64,000 nt of DNA from a virus. The notes beneath the pieces were generated by a model. It saw nothing but the letters and a program-made list of their open reading frames with translations, ran no database searches and was not told where the DNA came from. Shown piece after piece: positions 9,193 through 18,429 of the stretch. The position numbers and the translations under genes were made by a program. Position 1 is the first letter of the stretch. Each line of letters opens with the position of its first letter. The DNA is taken from the IMG/VR virus record IMGVR_UViG_3300017605_000678, positions 11,537 to 75,536 of that record; one strand, 5' to 3'.

Positions 9193-9750
9193 TCAGTGAC
9201 GTTGCCGATCGTATTTCGGGCGCAGCAGCGCCAGAACGTCGGCCCCGGGGGCAACCTCCCGAGGCAGTAAATTGTCCATGCGAGCCAGGATGGCCTCTTG
9301 GATCGCCGTGGCATGCTCGACGGGCAGGCCCATTTCGGAGGAGTCCAGCAAGCGGATCTTGCCGTGGTCGCGGCGCGCTTTCTCCTGGGCCACCATGAGG
9401 AGCGCGAACACGAGCGAGGCCGTGTCATCCCGCAGGCGCACGACCTCGGGCCGCTGCGCCAAATAAATAACTTCCCACCACGCTCGGTACTTCGCCGCCT
9501 CGCGGCCGTTGATCTGCTTCGCTATGGCCCACCATTTCTCAGTCTGGGTCCATAAATCCCAGGTTGGGATCAAGTGGGCCACGCGAAAAGTCCGCTGATC
9601 CCGACAAATGATCGGCAGCAAATGGCTTTCGTTTCCGATGATCGTGTGCCAGTCCTGCCGGAGGCCTTTGTTGATCGCGGCCGCCGTGTGAAGGCTCGTC
9701 GAGAGATCGGAGGCGACGTTGACGCGCTTTTTCTGATAGTTCTCGCTCAT
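9193..9750 (-). CDS. Hypothetical protein
   Basis: ATG 9750 (MSENYQKK) coupled to upstream stop. Confidence 0.55.
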   Translation of the reverse strand: MSENYQKKRVNVASDLSTSLHTAAAINKGLRQDWHTIIGNESHLLPIICRDQRTFRVAHLIPTWDLWTQTEKWWAIAKQINGREAAKYRAWWEVIYLAQRPEVVRLRDDTASLVFALLMVAQEKARRDHGKIRLLDSSEMGLPVEHATAIQEAILARMDNLLPREVAPGADVLALLRPKYDRQRH

Positions 9751-10019
9751 CGCTTGCGCGCTTCGTGCTGGATCTTTTCGGCCTCTTTGTTCAAAGCGAC
9801 CATGCTCTCGTGCTCGGCGCCCAGGCAACTGGTGCAGACGCGAACCCCGGGCTGGCCGGGCCGGCCGTGCACGATGTGGCCCTCGAACTCGCTCCGGGAT
9901 TTCTTGCAGCGCGGGCAAATGAACTGGTCCTTGCCGACTGCGCGCATGATCGAGACGACGACCGCCACCATGCCGGCCAGGAGCGCCCCCAGGATCACGA
10001 GTGAAACCTTCAGCGTCAT
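9747..10019 (-). CDS. Membrane-anchored zinc-finger protein
   Basis: N-terminal TM helix; CPRC...CTSC. Confidence 0.55.
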   Translation of the reverse strand: MTLKVSLVILGALLAGMVAVVVSIMRAVGKDQFICPRCKKSRSEFEGHIVHGRPGQPGVRVCTSCLGAEHESMVALNKEAEKIQHEARKR

Positions 10020-10381
10020 TTGCCGTAGGCTTTCGAGAGCGCTTGCTCCTCGCGCTCAAAGGCCGCCTTGGCTTTGTCGATCTTCCGCTGCGATCCAAGT
10101 GTGCCGTAGGAATGCGAGCCCATGAGCGCGACCGGGGGCTGAGTGCTTCCGGAGAAAATGTCAACCCAGACGCGGCCAAAGAACAGGATCGAGAGCCGCT
10201 CGCGCCAGCTCGGGCGCCAACAGGAAATACAGCGCTTGCCGTCGGCCGTCCGGTGCACGACCAGCGCGCCGCAGTTGTTCATTCCGGGCGGAGCGTGCAA
10301 CGTCATATTGCTACCAGCCCATTTCGGGACCGTAGTCATAGGCTCAGGAGTGACCGTCCAAAACTTGTCGTGAGCGAACAC
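10016..10381 (-). CDS. Hypothetical phage protein
   Basis: APPGM..CGAL.V...CISCWRPSWRERL.ILFFG.VW, a pattern recalled from phage hypotheticals. Confidence 0.6.
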   Translation of the reverse strand: MFAHDKFWTVTPEPMTTVPKWAGSNMTLHAPPGMNNCGALVVHRTADGKRCISCWRPSWRERLSILFFGRVWVDIFSGSTQPPVALMGSHSYGTLGSQRKIDKAKAAFEREEQALSKAYGK

Positions 10382-10384
10382 GGT

Positions 10385-11098
10385 TCAGAGTTTGATCGTG
10401 AGGCGCGGGCCCGCGAAGAAACGGCCGAACGCGGCGCCGGCCTTCCCGTTGCCGGACACGTCGAAGGCGTACGCAACGAAGATATCCCCAGAAACGTATT
10501 TGCTCTTCAGGAGGTTCACGGAGGCGCCCAGGGGCACGCGGCAGAACACGGAAAGATCGGTGCCGTGATTGGCGCTCGAGGCGCCTTCTATGTCGTAACC
10601 CAGGCCGATTCCGGCGTTGAGGCGCACGCGCGGTCCGACCGGCGCTTCCAGGCGCAGGCCGCCGCCGGCACGATCGATCACAGCGTGGGCCGTGTTGTCG
10701 CTCTCGCCAAATCCCCAGAGCGACAGATACCCGGTCAAGTGCGCGACCACGTTCGCGCCGGCGCCCGTGACGGCCCGGCCGTCGAGCCCGCTCCAGCTTA
10801 CGGTCCCGTATGGCTCCAGCGAGACGTCGGCCAGGAACGGGTTTGCCTTCTCGTCGCGCGTCGGCGCCTTGGCCTTTGGCGCGGCCGTCAACTCCTCCGG
10901 CTTGCCCTGGGGCGGAGCGCCCGCGGGCGCCTGGGCAATGTCAAATTCGGAGCCGCCGCGCAGTGTCACATCGCCTTTGTCGCCGTCGCTCAAGACGTCG
11001 TGAAACGTGGGAAGCAGGTTCGGAGTTTGGGTTTGCGCGGGCGCGAGCCGAACGAAGGAAAGCGCCGCGATGGTAGCCAGCAGGAGGATTTTGCGCAT
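10385..11098 (-). CDS. Secreted outer-membrane beta-barrel protein
   Basis: ATG 11098; signal peptide MRKILLLATIAALSFVRLAPA; about 8 amphipathic G/aromatic strands ending FFAGPRLTIKL. Confidence 0.65.
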   Translation of the reverse strand: MRKILLLATIAALSFVRLAPAQTQTPNLLPTFHDVLSDGDKGDVTLRGGSEFDIAQAPAGAPPQGKPEELTAAPKAKAPTRDEKANPFLADVSLEPYGTVSWSGLDGRAVTGAGANVVAHLTGYLSLWGFGESDNTAHAVIDRAGGGLRLEAPVGPRVRLNAGIGLGYDIEGASSANHGTDLSVFCRVPLGASVNLLKSKYVSGDIFVAYAFDVSGNGKAGAAFGRFFAGPRLTIKL

Positions 11099-11142
11099 AT
11101 TGGAGCCAGTCTCTACACCCAGGGCCGTTTGGCCTTCAAGAC

Positions 11143-11196
11143 AAAAAGCGGACGGGCGACAGCGCGAAGCGAAACGCGAATACCGCCACCCGCCGC
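11143..11196 (-). terminator. Putative intrinsic terminator
   Basis: Minus-strand hairpin GCGGCGGGTGGCGG...CTGTCGCCCGTCCGC followed by TTTTT. Confidence 0.5.
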
Positions 11197-11239
11197 GCCC
11201 TTCCGCGTCCGGACAGCCCACACGGGCGCCGGCACAGCG

Positions 11240-11292
11240 AAAAAATAAACGAGGCCGCCCCTTCCCCCTGGACGAAAGGTCGAGACGGCCTC
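11240..11292 (-). terminator. Putative intrinsic terminator
   Basis: Minus-strand GAGGCCGTCTC...GGGGCGGCCTC followed by GTTTATTTTTT. Confidence 0.5.
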
Positions 11293-11356
11293 TCGCGGCG
11301 CCGGGCAAGTCGGAAAAGTCTGCATTCCCCCGAAAAGCCGTTGAGCATCCGCAAAT

Positions 11357-12139
11357 TCAGTATTGGCCGGCATCTGGATCGCGCGGAACGCTGACCTTCA
11401 GCGGCTCGGCCTCCGCCGCCTGGGGCTTGCGCACGATCCGCTTGTAAAACGCGCAGGCACCGGTGCCACGGCGATCGATCTTTCCGTTGCGCGCCAAGTC
11501 GATCAGACGCACGCGCAGATCCTGTTCCTGAGTCTGGCGCGCCACGAGCGCGGGATGCCTCTCCTTCAGCCATACGATCAGCTCGGTCACTTGGAACCAA
11601 TCGGCTTCGGATTCCAGGAACTCGAACACGGCGCCCACTTGAGGAGAGATTGGCCCGGCATGGTGGCCGTTCAGCCGGATCGGAGCAGCCGGCGCCGGCG
11701 GCGCCTTGGGCTCCTGGGCCGGCTCCTTCGTCGGCTCCTTCGTCGGCTCGGGATCCGGAGCAGCCGCCGAAGGCACCCCATACGTCCCTGTGCCGAGGCG
11801 CACGGCCTCGCCGCGCGAGACCATCGCGTTCAGCGCCGAGTAAGCGGTCCCCAGCTTCAGCCCGGTCAGCTTGGCGACCTCGTTCAGGCGCCGCGGTACC
11901 GAAAGGATCTTGAGCAGGTCCTCACGCGAAACGCGCGGAGGCCTCCCGGAGGAACCGCCGGCAGGCTTGGACTTACCGGGCTTGCTAGTCGCCGCCTTGC
12001 TCTTCGGCCCGCTGGCGAGCGTGCCACGATCGACCAGGGTATCGATCATGCCGTCCAGGCTAGTGAGCACTCCTTGCAACTCTTCAAGTCGAGCCGCCAC
12101 TTCGGCCCGCGCGTGTCGCAGTGCTTCAATCATGGTCAC
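11357..12139 (-). CDS. Putative winged-HTH DNA-binding protein
   Basis: LNEVAKLTGLKLGTAYSALNAMVSRGEAVRLGTGTY plus a second wHTH-like unit. Confidence 0.6.
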   Translation of the reverse strand: MTMIEALRHARAEVAARLEELQGVLTSLDGMIDTLVDRGTLASGPKSKAATSKPGKSKPAGGSSGRPPRVSREDLLKILSVPRRLNEVAKLTGLKLGTAYSALNAMVSRGEAVRLGTGTYGVPSAAAPDPEPTKEPTKEPAQEPKAPPAPAAPIRLNGHHAGPISPQVGAVFEFLESEADWFQVTELIVWLKERHPALVARQTQEQDLRVRLIDLARNGKIDRRGTGACAFYKRIVRKPQAAEAEPLKVSVPRDPDAGQY

Positions 12140-12330
12140 TTTCGCTTGCGGTTCGCCTTGCGCGCATTCAAAGCAGCCTGGGCTTCATGCTGGAGCCGTC
12201 GATTGTGGGAGTGTGCTGCTTTCCGGAGTTTGCCGGCCGCGATCGGCTGGCCTTTCTTGGCCCCCAGTTTGCGCCGAAGTTGGCCGTGAGCGTTCGCGAA
12301 GGCTTTGCCCATCCAGTTTTTCTTGGCCAT
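12136..12330 (-). CDS. Small basic virion-associated protein
   Basis: K/R/A-rich, HGQLRRKLG...IAAGKLRKAA; in the head module. Confidence 0.55.
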   Translation of the reverse strand: MAKKNWMGKAFANAHGQLRRKLGAKKGQPIAAGKLRKAAHSHNRRLQHEAQAALNARKANRKRK

Positions 12331-12366
12331 GACGATCGCCGTTGTCGCATGCTCGATACCCACGCG

Positions 12367-13383
12367 TCAAGCGGGAAGCGGCAACGGCGCCTTGGCCAGC
12401 TTCGCGAAGTCGTCCAGAGAGAGCGGCCGGCCCGCTTGCCGAATCAAATCCGTGTCCCCGAGTTTCTTTGCGCGCCACAGCCGCACGCGCTCGGCTCCGA
12501 ACAGTTCATCGCGGACCGCGGGCGCCAGTCGGTCGAGCAGCTGGCCCAGGTTGATCTGCTCGGGCGCCGGCTCGTCGAGGTCGAGCATCACGACACGGCT
12601 CCTGCAGTTGTAATGAAGCGGGGGCTGTTCAAACTTCAGCTTGTGCCCGATCGGCTTGTACTCGGCGTCCCAGCGCTTCCAGGCGCGCGCGCGACAGATC
12701 TCCGTCGTCCGGTTGTCCAGGACGGAAACGTGTTGCCATCCGTAGTTGAAGCCGTCGGAGGAGCCGAGCAGGACCGCGCTGTTTGCCGCGTCGTCAACGG
12801 AGGTACGGATCACGGTCTCCAGCTGACCGGCGGAGCGCTCCACCGCCCCCGGGCGCTTGACTTTGCCCGGCTCCTCGCCGCGGAGGATCGCTCCTATTTC
12901 CGAGGCCGTCTGGCCGCTGCGGGTCCCGCTCGACACTGTCGAGGTCGTTCGGTAGACCAAATCTTCGTACACTTTATCGAGCGCGTCGCGCACGCGCGTT
13001 CCGAGCACTGTCGGCTTGCCCACCACGCCGGCGGGAACGTCCGCCAAGTCGATCACGCGGTCCGCCACGGCCAGCCATGCAGCTTTCTCCATGTCGCCGG
13101 AGGCAGAGCGAAGCAGCGCAAGCCAGCCCTCCAGGTCGCCGGACATGTCGCGGAACACGCCCCGCAAGAGGGAAGCCAGGGCGGCCGAGAAGTCGTTAAT
13201 CCGAGCGGCCCGGGTCGAGGGCCGGACCGGAGCGGTTGGGTCGAAGCGAAAGAGCAGGCCGACGATCTCGGCGTCGAGGCCTTCCAGCTGGGCCAGCAGC
13301 TGCGCCGTCATCCAGGTCGCAACACGCTGCAGCTGGGCTTGACGCACGAGGGCCAGCAGGACGATCTGGTCCGCGTCGCTCAC
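12367..13383 (-). CDS. Minor head (MuF / SPP1 gp7-like) morphogenesis protein
   Basis: GTG 13383; VIRT...SVLDNRTTEIC...PPLHYNCRS. Confidence 0.85.
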   Translation of the reverse strand: MSDADQIVLLALVRQAQLQRVATWMTAQLLAQLEGLDAEIVGLLFRFDPTAPVRPSTRAARINDFSAALASLLRGVFRDMSGDLEGWLALLRSASGDMEKAAWLAVADRVIDLADVPAGVVGKPTVLGTRVRDALDKVYEDLVYRTTSTVSSGTRSGQTASEIGAILRGEEPGKVKRPGAVERSAGQLETVIRTSVDDAANSAVLLGSSDGFNYGWQHVSVLDNRTTEICRARAWKRWDAEYKPIGHKLKFEQPPLHYNCRSRVVMLDLDEPAPEQINLGQLLDRLAPAVRDELFGAERVRLWRAKKLGDTDLIRQAGRPLSLDDFAKLAKAPLPLPA

Positions 13384-13796
13384 TTCGACTTGTCGAAGCG
13401 CCGGGCAAAGTCCGCCGGCTTGACCAGCTCGCAAGAGCCGTCGCCGAACGTGACGATCCAGTCCCCTGGGCACACGCGCAGCGTCCCGGCCTTCGTGTCG
13501 ACCCAGCCGTGCGCATGGAGCCGAAAGCCCTTGTGCGTGTTCGCCTCGTTCGGCTGGCTACGTGCGTGATTGCGAGCCGCCTTCTCGCGCTGGGCGGGAT
13601 CCGCGATCCCCGAGAAGTCCGGCGCCGGCTCCGGAGCATAGTCCGGGTCGAGGCACAAATTGCAGCGCACTTGCGGATCCTGATCGGGCTTGTCCTTGCG
13701 CATGAGCCGCACGGCCGGGACGAACCCGTGCGCCGTGAATAACTCGGCTTTGACTTTTTCCGGCTTGGTTTGGAAATAGGAGGGTCCGGTCGGCAT
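13380..13796 (-). CDS. Hypothetical protein (PGDWI-motif family)
   Basis: HGWVDT..G..RVCPGDWIV...KP..F...F. Confidence 0.6.
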   Translation of the reverse strand: MPTGPSYFQTKPEKVKAELFTAHGFVPAVRLMRKDKPDQDPQVRCNLCLDPDYAPEPAPDFSGIADPAQREKAARNHARSQPNEANTHKGFRLHAHGWVDTKAGTLRVCPGDWIVTFGDGSCELVKPADFARRFDKSK

Positions 13797-13802
13797 AGGA
13801 TT

Positions 13803-15299
13803 TTATTGGTTCGCAGGATTGCCGTTGCCTGGGCCAGGAGGAGGAGGCTCGCCCGGCAAAGGCGAGCGTTGCGCCCGGATCATGTCGGTCAGCATCGGCA
13901 TTTCGTCTTCGATCAATTGCCTTTCCTCGTCGTCCGTCAAGTCCGGAGGATACAGCTCGCCGCGGCGCAAGTTGAAATTCAGGGTCGTCCGGCTGATCGC
14001 CCCCTGCAGCCACGAGGCCACGAGCGCGGTCAAGACGTCGCTTCCCATTTGGCTCTCGATGAAATCCTTGTTGATCCGCACGCTGGCCGCGTCGTCTGAA
14101 ACGTCGGTCGGCTCTCCCATTGTGCCAGCCCACCAACCGGCCATTTTCCACGCGCGCGTCAAAGTCTTCGACAAGTTGTCCGAAATGTTCACGAGGATGC
14201 TTGTCTCTCCGGTCTGGCGCAACCGCACGGTCTCCGTTGCCTCCGTGTCGCGCTTCTGCTCCTCGAGGAGCCGCGCGCCGAGGATCGCCATCTCCGATTT
14301 GTCGTCGTTGAGCGCTTGGCGGATCGGCTCGATCCCTTGGCCCGAGTATTCGAGATAACCCGCTTTCGCGGCCACGTTCTCAGAGACCCACGCCACGGAC
14401 GAGCCGACGGCCAGCTTCGACTCTTTCGGGAAGCCGGCCACCCAGGCAGTCGGGCAGGCCGAGAAGTGCAACGCGTGGTTGTAGTCAGCGCTCACGCGGT
14501 AATGGTGGAGGTTGACCGTGATGATGTCGTCGAGCGGCGGAGGCGCGCAACACTCGTCGGTCGTGGTCGCGTTGTGAAACACGAAGGGAATAAACGTGAG
14601 CGCCTTCCCGCGGCGCTTGGGCACGCGAACTTCGGCCAGCATCCAATCGGCCAGCTCCTCGCCCGTCGCGCCGGTCTTCGTCCAGATCTGAACCTCGTAA
14701 AAGCCCTGGGCGTTCATTTGGCAAACGAGGATCCGCTCGTACGGCTCCCGGTCCGGCGGGTCGTTCGGATTGAACACGGCCACGGGCGGAGGCACGCACT
14801 CGCGCAGGACCACCCGAGTGAGCGTCATTGCCCCGCCGATCCGGCGCATTTCCCAGTCCACGATGTCTTCGGCGCAGTAGAAAATCAGGAACGGCCTCAG
14901 CTCGTCGTCGCTCCAGTCGACCAGCGTGCCGGCCCGGCCGACGTCCAGGATTTCCTTGGCCGTGTCTTTGGCGTACTCGCCCAGGCTCTTGCCGCCCAGG
15001 TCGCAATCGGGCTCGAACTTTGCCAGCTCGGCCAGGGATTTGATCTCGGGCGCCTTGCGGAAGAGCAGCCCGTTCAGGCCGGCGCTCGTGCGCGCGGTCG
15101 CGCCGAAAAACTTCGCGCGCGTTTTATAGGCTTGGTAGTCCTCCTCCGACTGCTCCGGCAGCTTTGGCAAGTATTCGATCCCGGCCGCTTTGATCCTGTC
15201 CTCGCCGGCGATCACGTCCCGGGCCCGGCGCCATTTGGCGCAAGTGTCGTTGTACTCATCGTGTCGGGCGTAGGAAGTAGTTGAGGCTTCAGTCGGCAC
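13803..15299 (-). CDS. Portal protein (DUF4055 family)
   Basis: YLP....YQAYKTRAKF, IPFVF, PPL..I..VNLHHYR.SADY...LH, LGARLLE; upstream of MuF. Confidence 0.9.
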   Translation of the reverse strand: MPTEASTTSYARHDEYNDTCAKWRRARDVIAGEDRIKAAGIEYLPKLPEQSEEDYQAYKTRAKFFGATARTSAGLNGLLFRKAPEIKSLAELAKFEPDCDLGGKSLGEYAKDTAKEILDVGRAGTLVDWSDDELRPFLIFYCAEDIVDWEMRRIGGAMTLTRVVLRECVPPPVAVFNPNDPPDREPYERILVCQMNAQGFYEVQIWTKTGATGEELADWMLAEVRVPKRRGKALTFIPFVFHNATTTDECCAPPPLDDIITVNLHHYRVSADYNHALHFSACPTAWVAGFPKESKLAVGSSVAWVSENVAAKAGYLEYSGQGIEPIRQALNDDKSEMAILGARLLEEQKRDTEATETVRLRQTGETSILVNISDNLSKTLTRAWKMAGWWAGTMGEPTDVSDDAASVRINKDFIESQMGSDVLTALVASWLQGAISRTTLNFNLRRGELYPPDLTDDEERQLIEDEMPMLTDMIRAQRSPLPGEPPPPGPGNGNPANQ

Positions 15300-15333
15300 G
15301 CTTGGCTTTCTAACCAGAGCGGGTCGCGCGCAC

Positions 15334-15374
15334 AACAAAAAACGGCCCCCAGGCTCGCGAAAGCCTGAGGGCCG
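15334..15374 (-). terminator. Intrinsic terminator closing the accessory island before the portal gene
   Basis: CGGCCCTCAGGCT-TTCGCG-AGCCTGGGGGCCG-TTTTTTGTTG. Confidence 0.75.
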
Positions 15375-15391
15375 AGAGGACCGCTCTGCTG

Positions 15392-15625
15392 TTAAGTTGA
15401 AGCCTCGGTCAAGATCCCGAGCACTTTCGAATCGATCAGCCTCCAGGACACGGGCGCAGAGATCTGCGCGCCGCTGTTGTTGAGTTTCCGCCTCACTTCA
15501 CCAATCGCATCCTCGGCGCCTTGCTTGTGCAATTGGCCGATCGTGCAATTGTCGCCCCAGGTCGTAGCCAGCTCGACCTCGATCGTGAGTTGAACCCTCG
15601 CTTTGCCTGTGATCTTTGCGCTCAT
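15392..15625 (-). CDS. Hypothetical protein
   Basis: ATGA-coupled ORF MSAKITGK. Confidence 0.55.
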   Translation of the reverse strand: MSAKITGKARVQLTIEVELATTWGDNCTIGQLHKQGAEDAIGEVRRKLNNSGAQISAPVSWRLIDSKVLGILTEAST

Positions 15626-15996
15626 GGCTTGGTCATGTCGGGGCGGAAACAATGCGCAGAATCACGCGGCAGATCTCCGCACGCCCTCAGATGCGCATGA
15701 TAGTTGTCGCGCCAGCGCGCCGCGGCCTCGCGCCACTCCGGGCTCTCTTTCTCCCAGTTGCCGCCGCCGGCATTGGCCAGGATCGCCCAGGCGTCGGCCA
15801 GCTGGTCGCCGCGCTCGTGCTTCAGCAGCTCGAGCCGTTGAATGTAGGCCTCCACGTATCGCGCTTCAGGATGATCGTCCGCCTCGATCCCGCGAAGGAC
15901 CGCGCGCGCCGCCTCCTGGACTTGCGCCAGCGTCCTGGGCTCTCCGTGAATTACGGTCGGCGTGCCGACCGACAGTTGCGACGGGATGCCACTCAT
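15622..15996 (-). CDS. Hypothetical protein
   Basis: ATGA-coupled; AWAILANAGGGNW..ES.EW..AA.RWRD. Confidence 0.55.
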   Translation of the reverse strand: MSGIPSQLSVGTPTVIHGEPRTLAQVQEAARAVLRGIEADDHPEARYVEAYIQRLELLKHERGDQLADAWAILANAGGGNWEKESPEWREAAARWRDNYHAHLRACGDLPRDSAHCFRPDMTKP

Positions 15997-16805
15997 ACGG
16001 GGATCTGCTGAAGTGAGATCTCCAGGACGTCTCGCAGCCCCTGATACACGACGCGCGGGCAGGCTGCAGGATGACTCTCCCAGTTGCGCTTGCGCTCCTC
16101 CCAAGCGGCGTCGAACGCGTCCAGGATCGGATGGCTCTCGCCGGCGCCGTTCTCCGTGCGCGGCATTGGCGCGCTCGGGCGCTCCGCCTCTTTGGCGATC
16201 TCGGCCAGCCCGCCTCTAGGCTTGTGCCCCATCTGCGCGGCCTTGCGCTGGAGCGCGCGGCCTCCTTGCTTGGCCAGCTTGTCCTGCTGCGCCTTGGGCA
16301 GCTTCACGATCCGCTCTGCGGCCTTCAGCTTCAGCTTGCCGGCCTTCACGGCCGCGACCACTTTCTTGGATCCCTTGGCCTTGACCTTGCGGGCGCGTTG
16401 GATCGACCTCTTCGACACTTCCATCTTGTTTGCAACACTTTCGGTCGAAAAGGTGCCCGCGGGCACCTTTTTCTTGTCGCTCGGCCGGCCGGCCAGCAGA
16501 GCGTCGAACTCGGCCGCGCACATCGCCGCCTGGGCCGGCGTCAAATGACGTCGCTTCGTGTTGCGCGAGATCACGAACCCGAGCGGGTCCGGCCCTTCGT
16601 ACGTTTCGAAGTCGCCCTCGGCCAGGACCGCTCCGGCGACCGCGGCGCCCAGGTAGCGATTGCGTCCGTCGAGGATCTTCCCCTCGAACATGGTGATCGG
16701 CTCCAGCAGCCCTTTGTCCTTTATGTCGGCGCCCAGGGCGTCGATCTCTTCTTGCGTTGCCTGAGGCAGGACAAGGCAAAACTTGTGGAACTCCAGCTTT
16801 TTCAT
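15993..16805 (-). CDS. ParB/Srx N-terminal domain + HTH protein
   Basis: FH....LP..DI...GLLEPI...GKILDGRNR, FVISRN..RRHLT, HTH. Confidence 0.8.
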   Translation of the reverse strand: MKKLEFHKFCLVLPQATQEEIDALGADIKDKGLLEPITMFEGKILDGRNRYLGAAVAGAVLAEGDFETYEGPDPLGFVISRNTKRRHLTPAQAAMCAAEFDALLAGRPSDKKKVPAGTFSTESVANKMEVSKRSIQRARKVKAKGSKKVVAAVKAGKLKLKAAERIVKLPKAQQDKLAKQGGRALQRKAAQMGHKPRGGLAEIAKEAERPSAPMPRTENGAGESHPILDAFDAAWEERKRNWESHPAACPRVVYQGLRDVLEISLQQIPV

Positions 16806-16951
16806 CGTGACCTTTCGTTCTAGTTGCCCGCCCCGCTCGACACGGGTGCAGCAAGCGGGCGCGAACACGCCGCAACTCGAAAACCCAACGGGGCAGGCAA
16901 GGATCGTTTCATCGTTCGTTGTGCTTCGGCCGGTCGAGGCCTTCGCCCAGG

Positions 16952-16980
16952 ACCTTGCCCGCGGGCGCCGGGCTTGTAAA
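16952..16980 (-). promoter_or_regulatory. Variant promoter TTTACA-N17-CAAGGT
   Basis: Same spacing and conserved -11A/-7T as the repeated early promoters. Confidence 0.4.
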
Positions 16981-16989
16981 GCGGTCAAA

Positions 16990-17169
16990 TCACCGTTTCG
17001 GGCTCAACTTGTCCAGCCCCATGCCGGCGCCCTCGATCTTGTCGGCGCTCGATTCAATGGTCCGGACCGTGCCGTCCGTGCTCGTGATCGTTTCTTTGAC
17101 ATAGGGGCGCTCGATCCGCGCGACGCAACCGGCCAGGAGGAGGAACGGGAGAAGCAAAAAGATTCGCAT
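16990..17169 (-). CDS. Small lipoprotein
   Basis: MRIFLLLPFLLLAG-C lipobox. Confidence 0.65.
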   Translation of the reverse strand: MRIFLLLPFLLLAGCVARIERPYVKETITSTDGTVRTIESSADKIEGAGMGLDKLSPKR

Positions 17170-17201
17170 GGGGCAAGTTGTGACCACGGGCGCGCTGTCG
17201 G

Positions 17202-17405
17202 TCAATGATGGAAAAAGCCGTACAGCGTAAACGTGAGAAAGATCCAGAGGCCGAGCCAGAAGAGCCCCCAGCTGATTTGCTCGCCCGCATGCGCGATCGC
17301 GTCCTCCAGCGTGCGCGGCGCACGGCCGGACCGCCGGCTGCGCCGCTCCTCCTCCGCCTGCGCCTCGATCCTCTTTCGGAACTCGCTCTTGTCGTCGTCG
17401 CTCAT
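17202..17405 (-). CDS. Small protein with C-terminal TM helix
   Basis: Charged N-terminus, WGLFWLGLWIFLTFTLYGFF. Confidence 0.5.
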   Translation of the reverse strand: MSDDDKSEFRKRIEAQAEEERRSRRSGRAPRTLEDAIAHAGEQISWGLFWLGLWIFLTFTLYGFFHH

Positions 17406-17629
17406 ACCTGTTTCACACAATGACTGTTGCCTTCCGCTCGGAAATCGATCCCGCAGATCGGGCAGAGGATCGGCTGGCTCGGGCCGCTCGGGTACGGCTG
17501 GACCACAAGCTGGATCTGGCAGCGGCAGCTGTTGCACGTTATTTTCCAGACTGAGACCATGGTCAAATAACCGCTTCGCACGGTCTCTTTGCCAGTGGAC
17601 AAGTCTGAACTTCGTGTTTTCTGGTCCAT
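17402..17629 (-). CDS. Zinc-ribbon protein
   Basis: CNSC...CPICG. Confidence 0.45.
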   Translation of the reverse strand: MDQKTRSSDLSTGKETVRSGYLTMVSVWKITCNSCRCQIQLVVQPYPSGPSQPILCPICGIDFRAEGNSHCVKQV

Positions 17630-17640
17630 GGGTTTCCTTT

Positions 17641-18429
17641 CTACATTGTCCAGCTTTGCACGTTTTTCGGTTCGTAGCCCGAAGCGATCGCCTCCTGGAC
17701 TTCGGCGATCTTGAATCCGTTCCGGAACGTGTGCCCGATCTTTTGCTCGACCGCCACGTACTGCGCCAGCAGCTCGGGATTGGCCCGCCCGGCGATCACG
17801 AGCGCATCCTTGGGAGCGAACACGCAAAAGCAACAGGAGAGCCGCGGCATGCCCAGGTCATAGGCCGCGTGGTGACGGACGCCCGAGGCGCGGATCGCGG
17901 CCCAGACTTGGTCCACGCTCCAGGAGAGGATCGGATGCCACTGAGTGACCGCCCGCTTGCCGTTCGAGGCGCGGGTGTTCGGGGCAATCTCGGGCAGCTT
18001 GGCGCGCGCGGTCGATTCCTGGGCGCGCATGCCCAGGCAATTGAGGATCCGCACGGGCCGGCCCAGGCCGGCGAACTCGCGGCCGAACTTCGTGAACAGC
18101 TTTGCGATCTGGTCGCGCTTCTGATCGCTCGTGCAATAGCGGTTGCCCTGATCGGGCCACATCCCGCGCTCCTCGACTTGCTGGAGCAAGTCGCCCTTCT
18201 CGCGGCGCACGACGGTCAGCGCAACGCCGTAGTGGGCGCATTGCTCCTCGGCCAGCTCGCGGGTCCCGCGCCACTCGACGCGGCCGAGGTCGGCATGCAC
18301 TGCGCGCACGCGGTCGAGCACCCCGGCCTCGCGCGCCAGCCGGCAGACGTAGTCCAGCATTGCCTGCGAGTCCTTGCCGGCGCTCGTGTTCACGACGATC
18401 ACGTCAAATTCAGCAAGGTTCGGGATCAC
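17641..18429 (-). CDS. PAPS-reductase-family (PP-loop) protein 2
   Basis: SAGKDS PP-loop, HADLG..EW, RYCTSDQK, GMRAQES..R, HPILSW, GMPRLSC.FC. Confidence 0.85.
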   Translation of the reverse strand: MIPNLAEFDVIVVNTSAGKDSQAMLDYVCRLAREAGVLDRVRAVHADLGRVEWRGTRELAEEQCAHYGVALTVVRREKGDLLQQVEERGMWPDQGNRYCTSDQKRDQIAKLFTKFGREFAGLGRPVRILNCLGMRAQESTARAKLPEIAPNTRASNGKRAVTQWHPILSWSVDQVWAAIRASGVRHHAAYDLGMPRLSCCFCVFAPKDALVIAGRANPELLAQYVAVEQKIGHTFRNGFKIAEVQEAIASGYEPKNVQSWTM

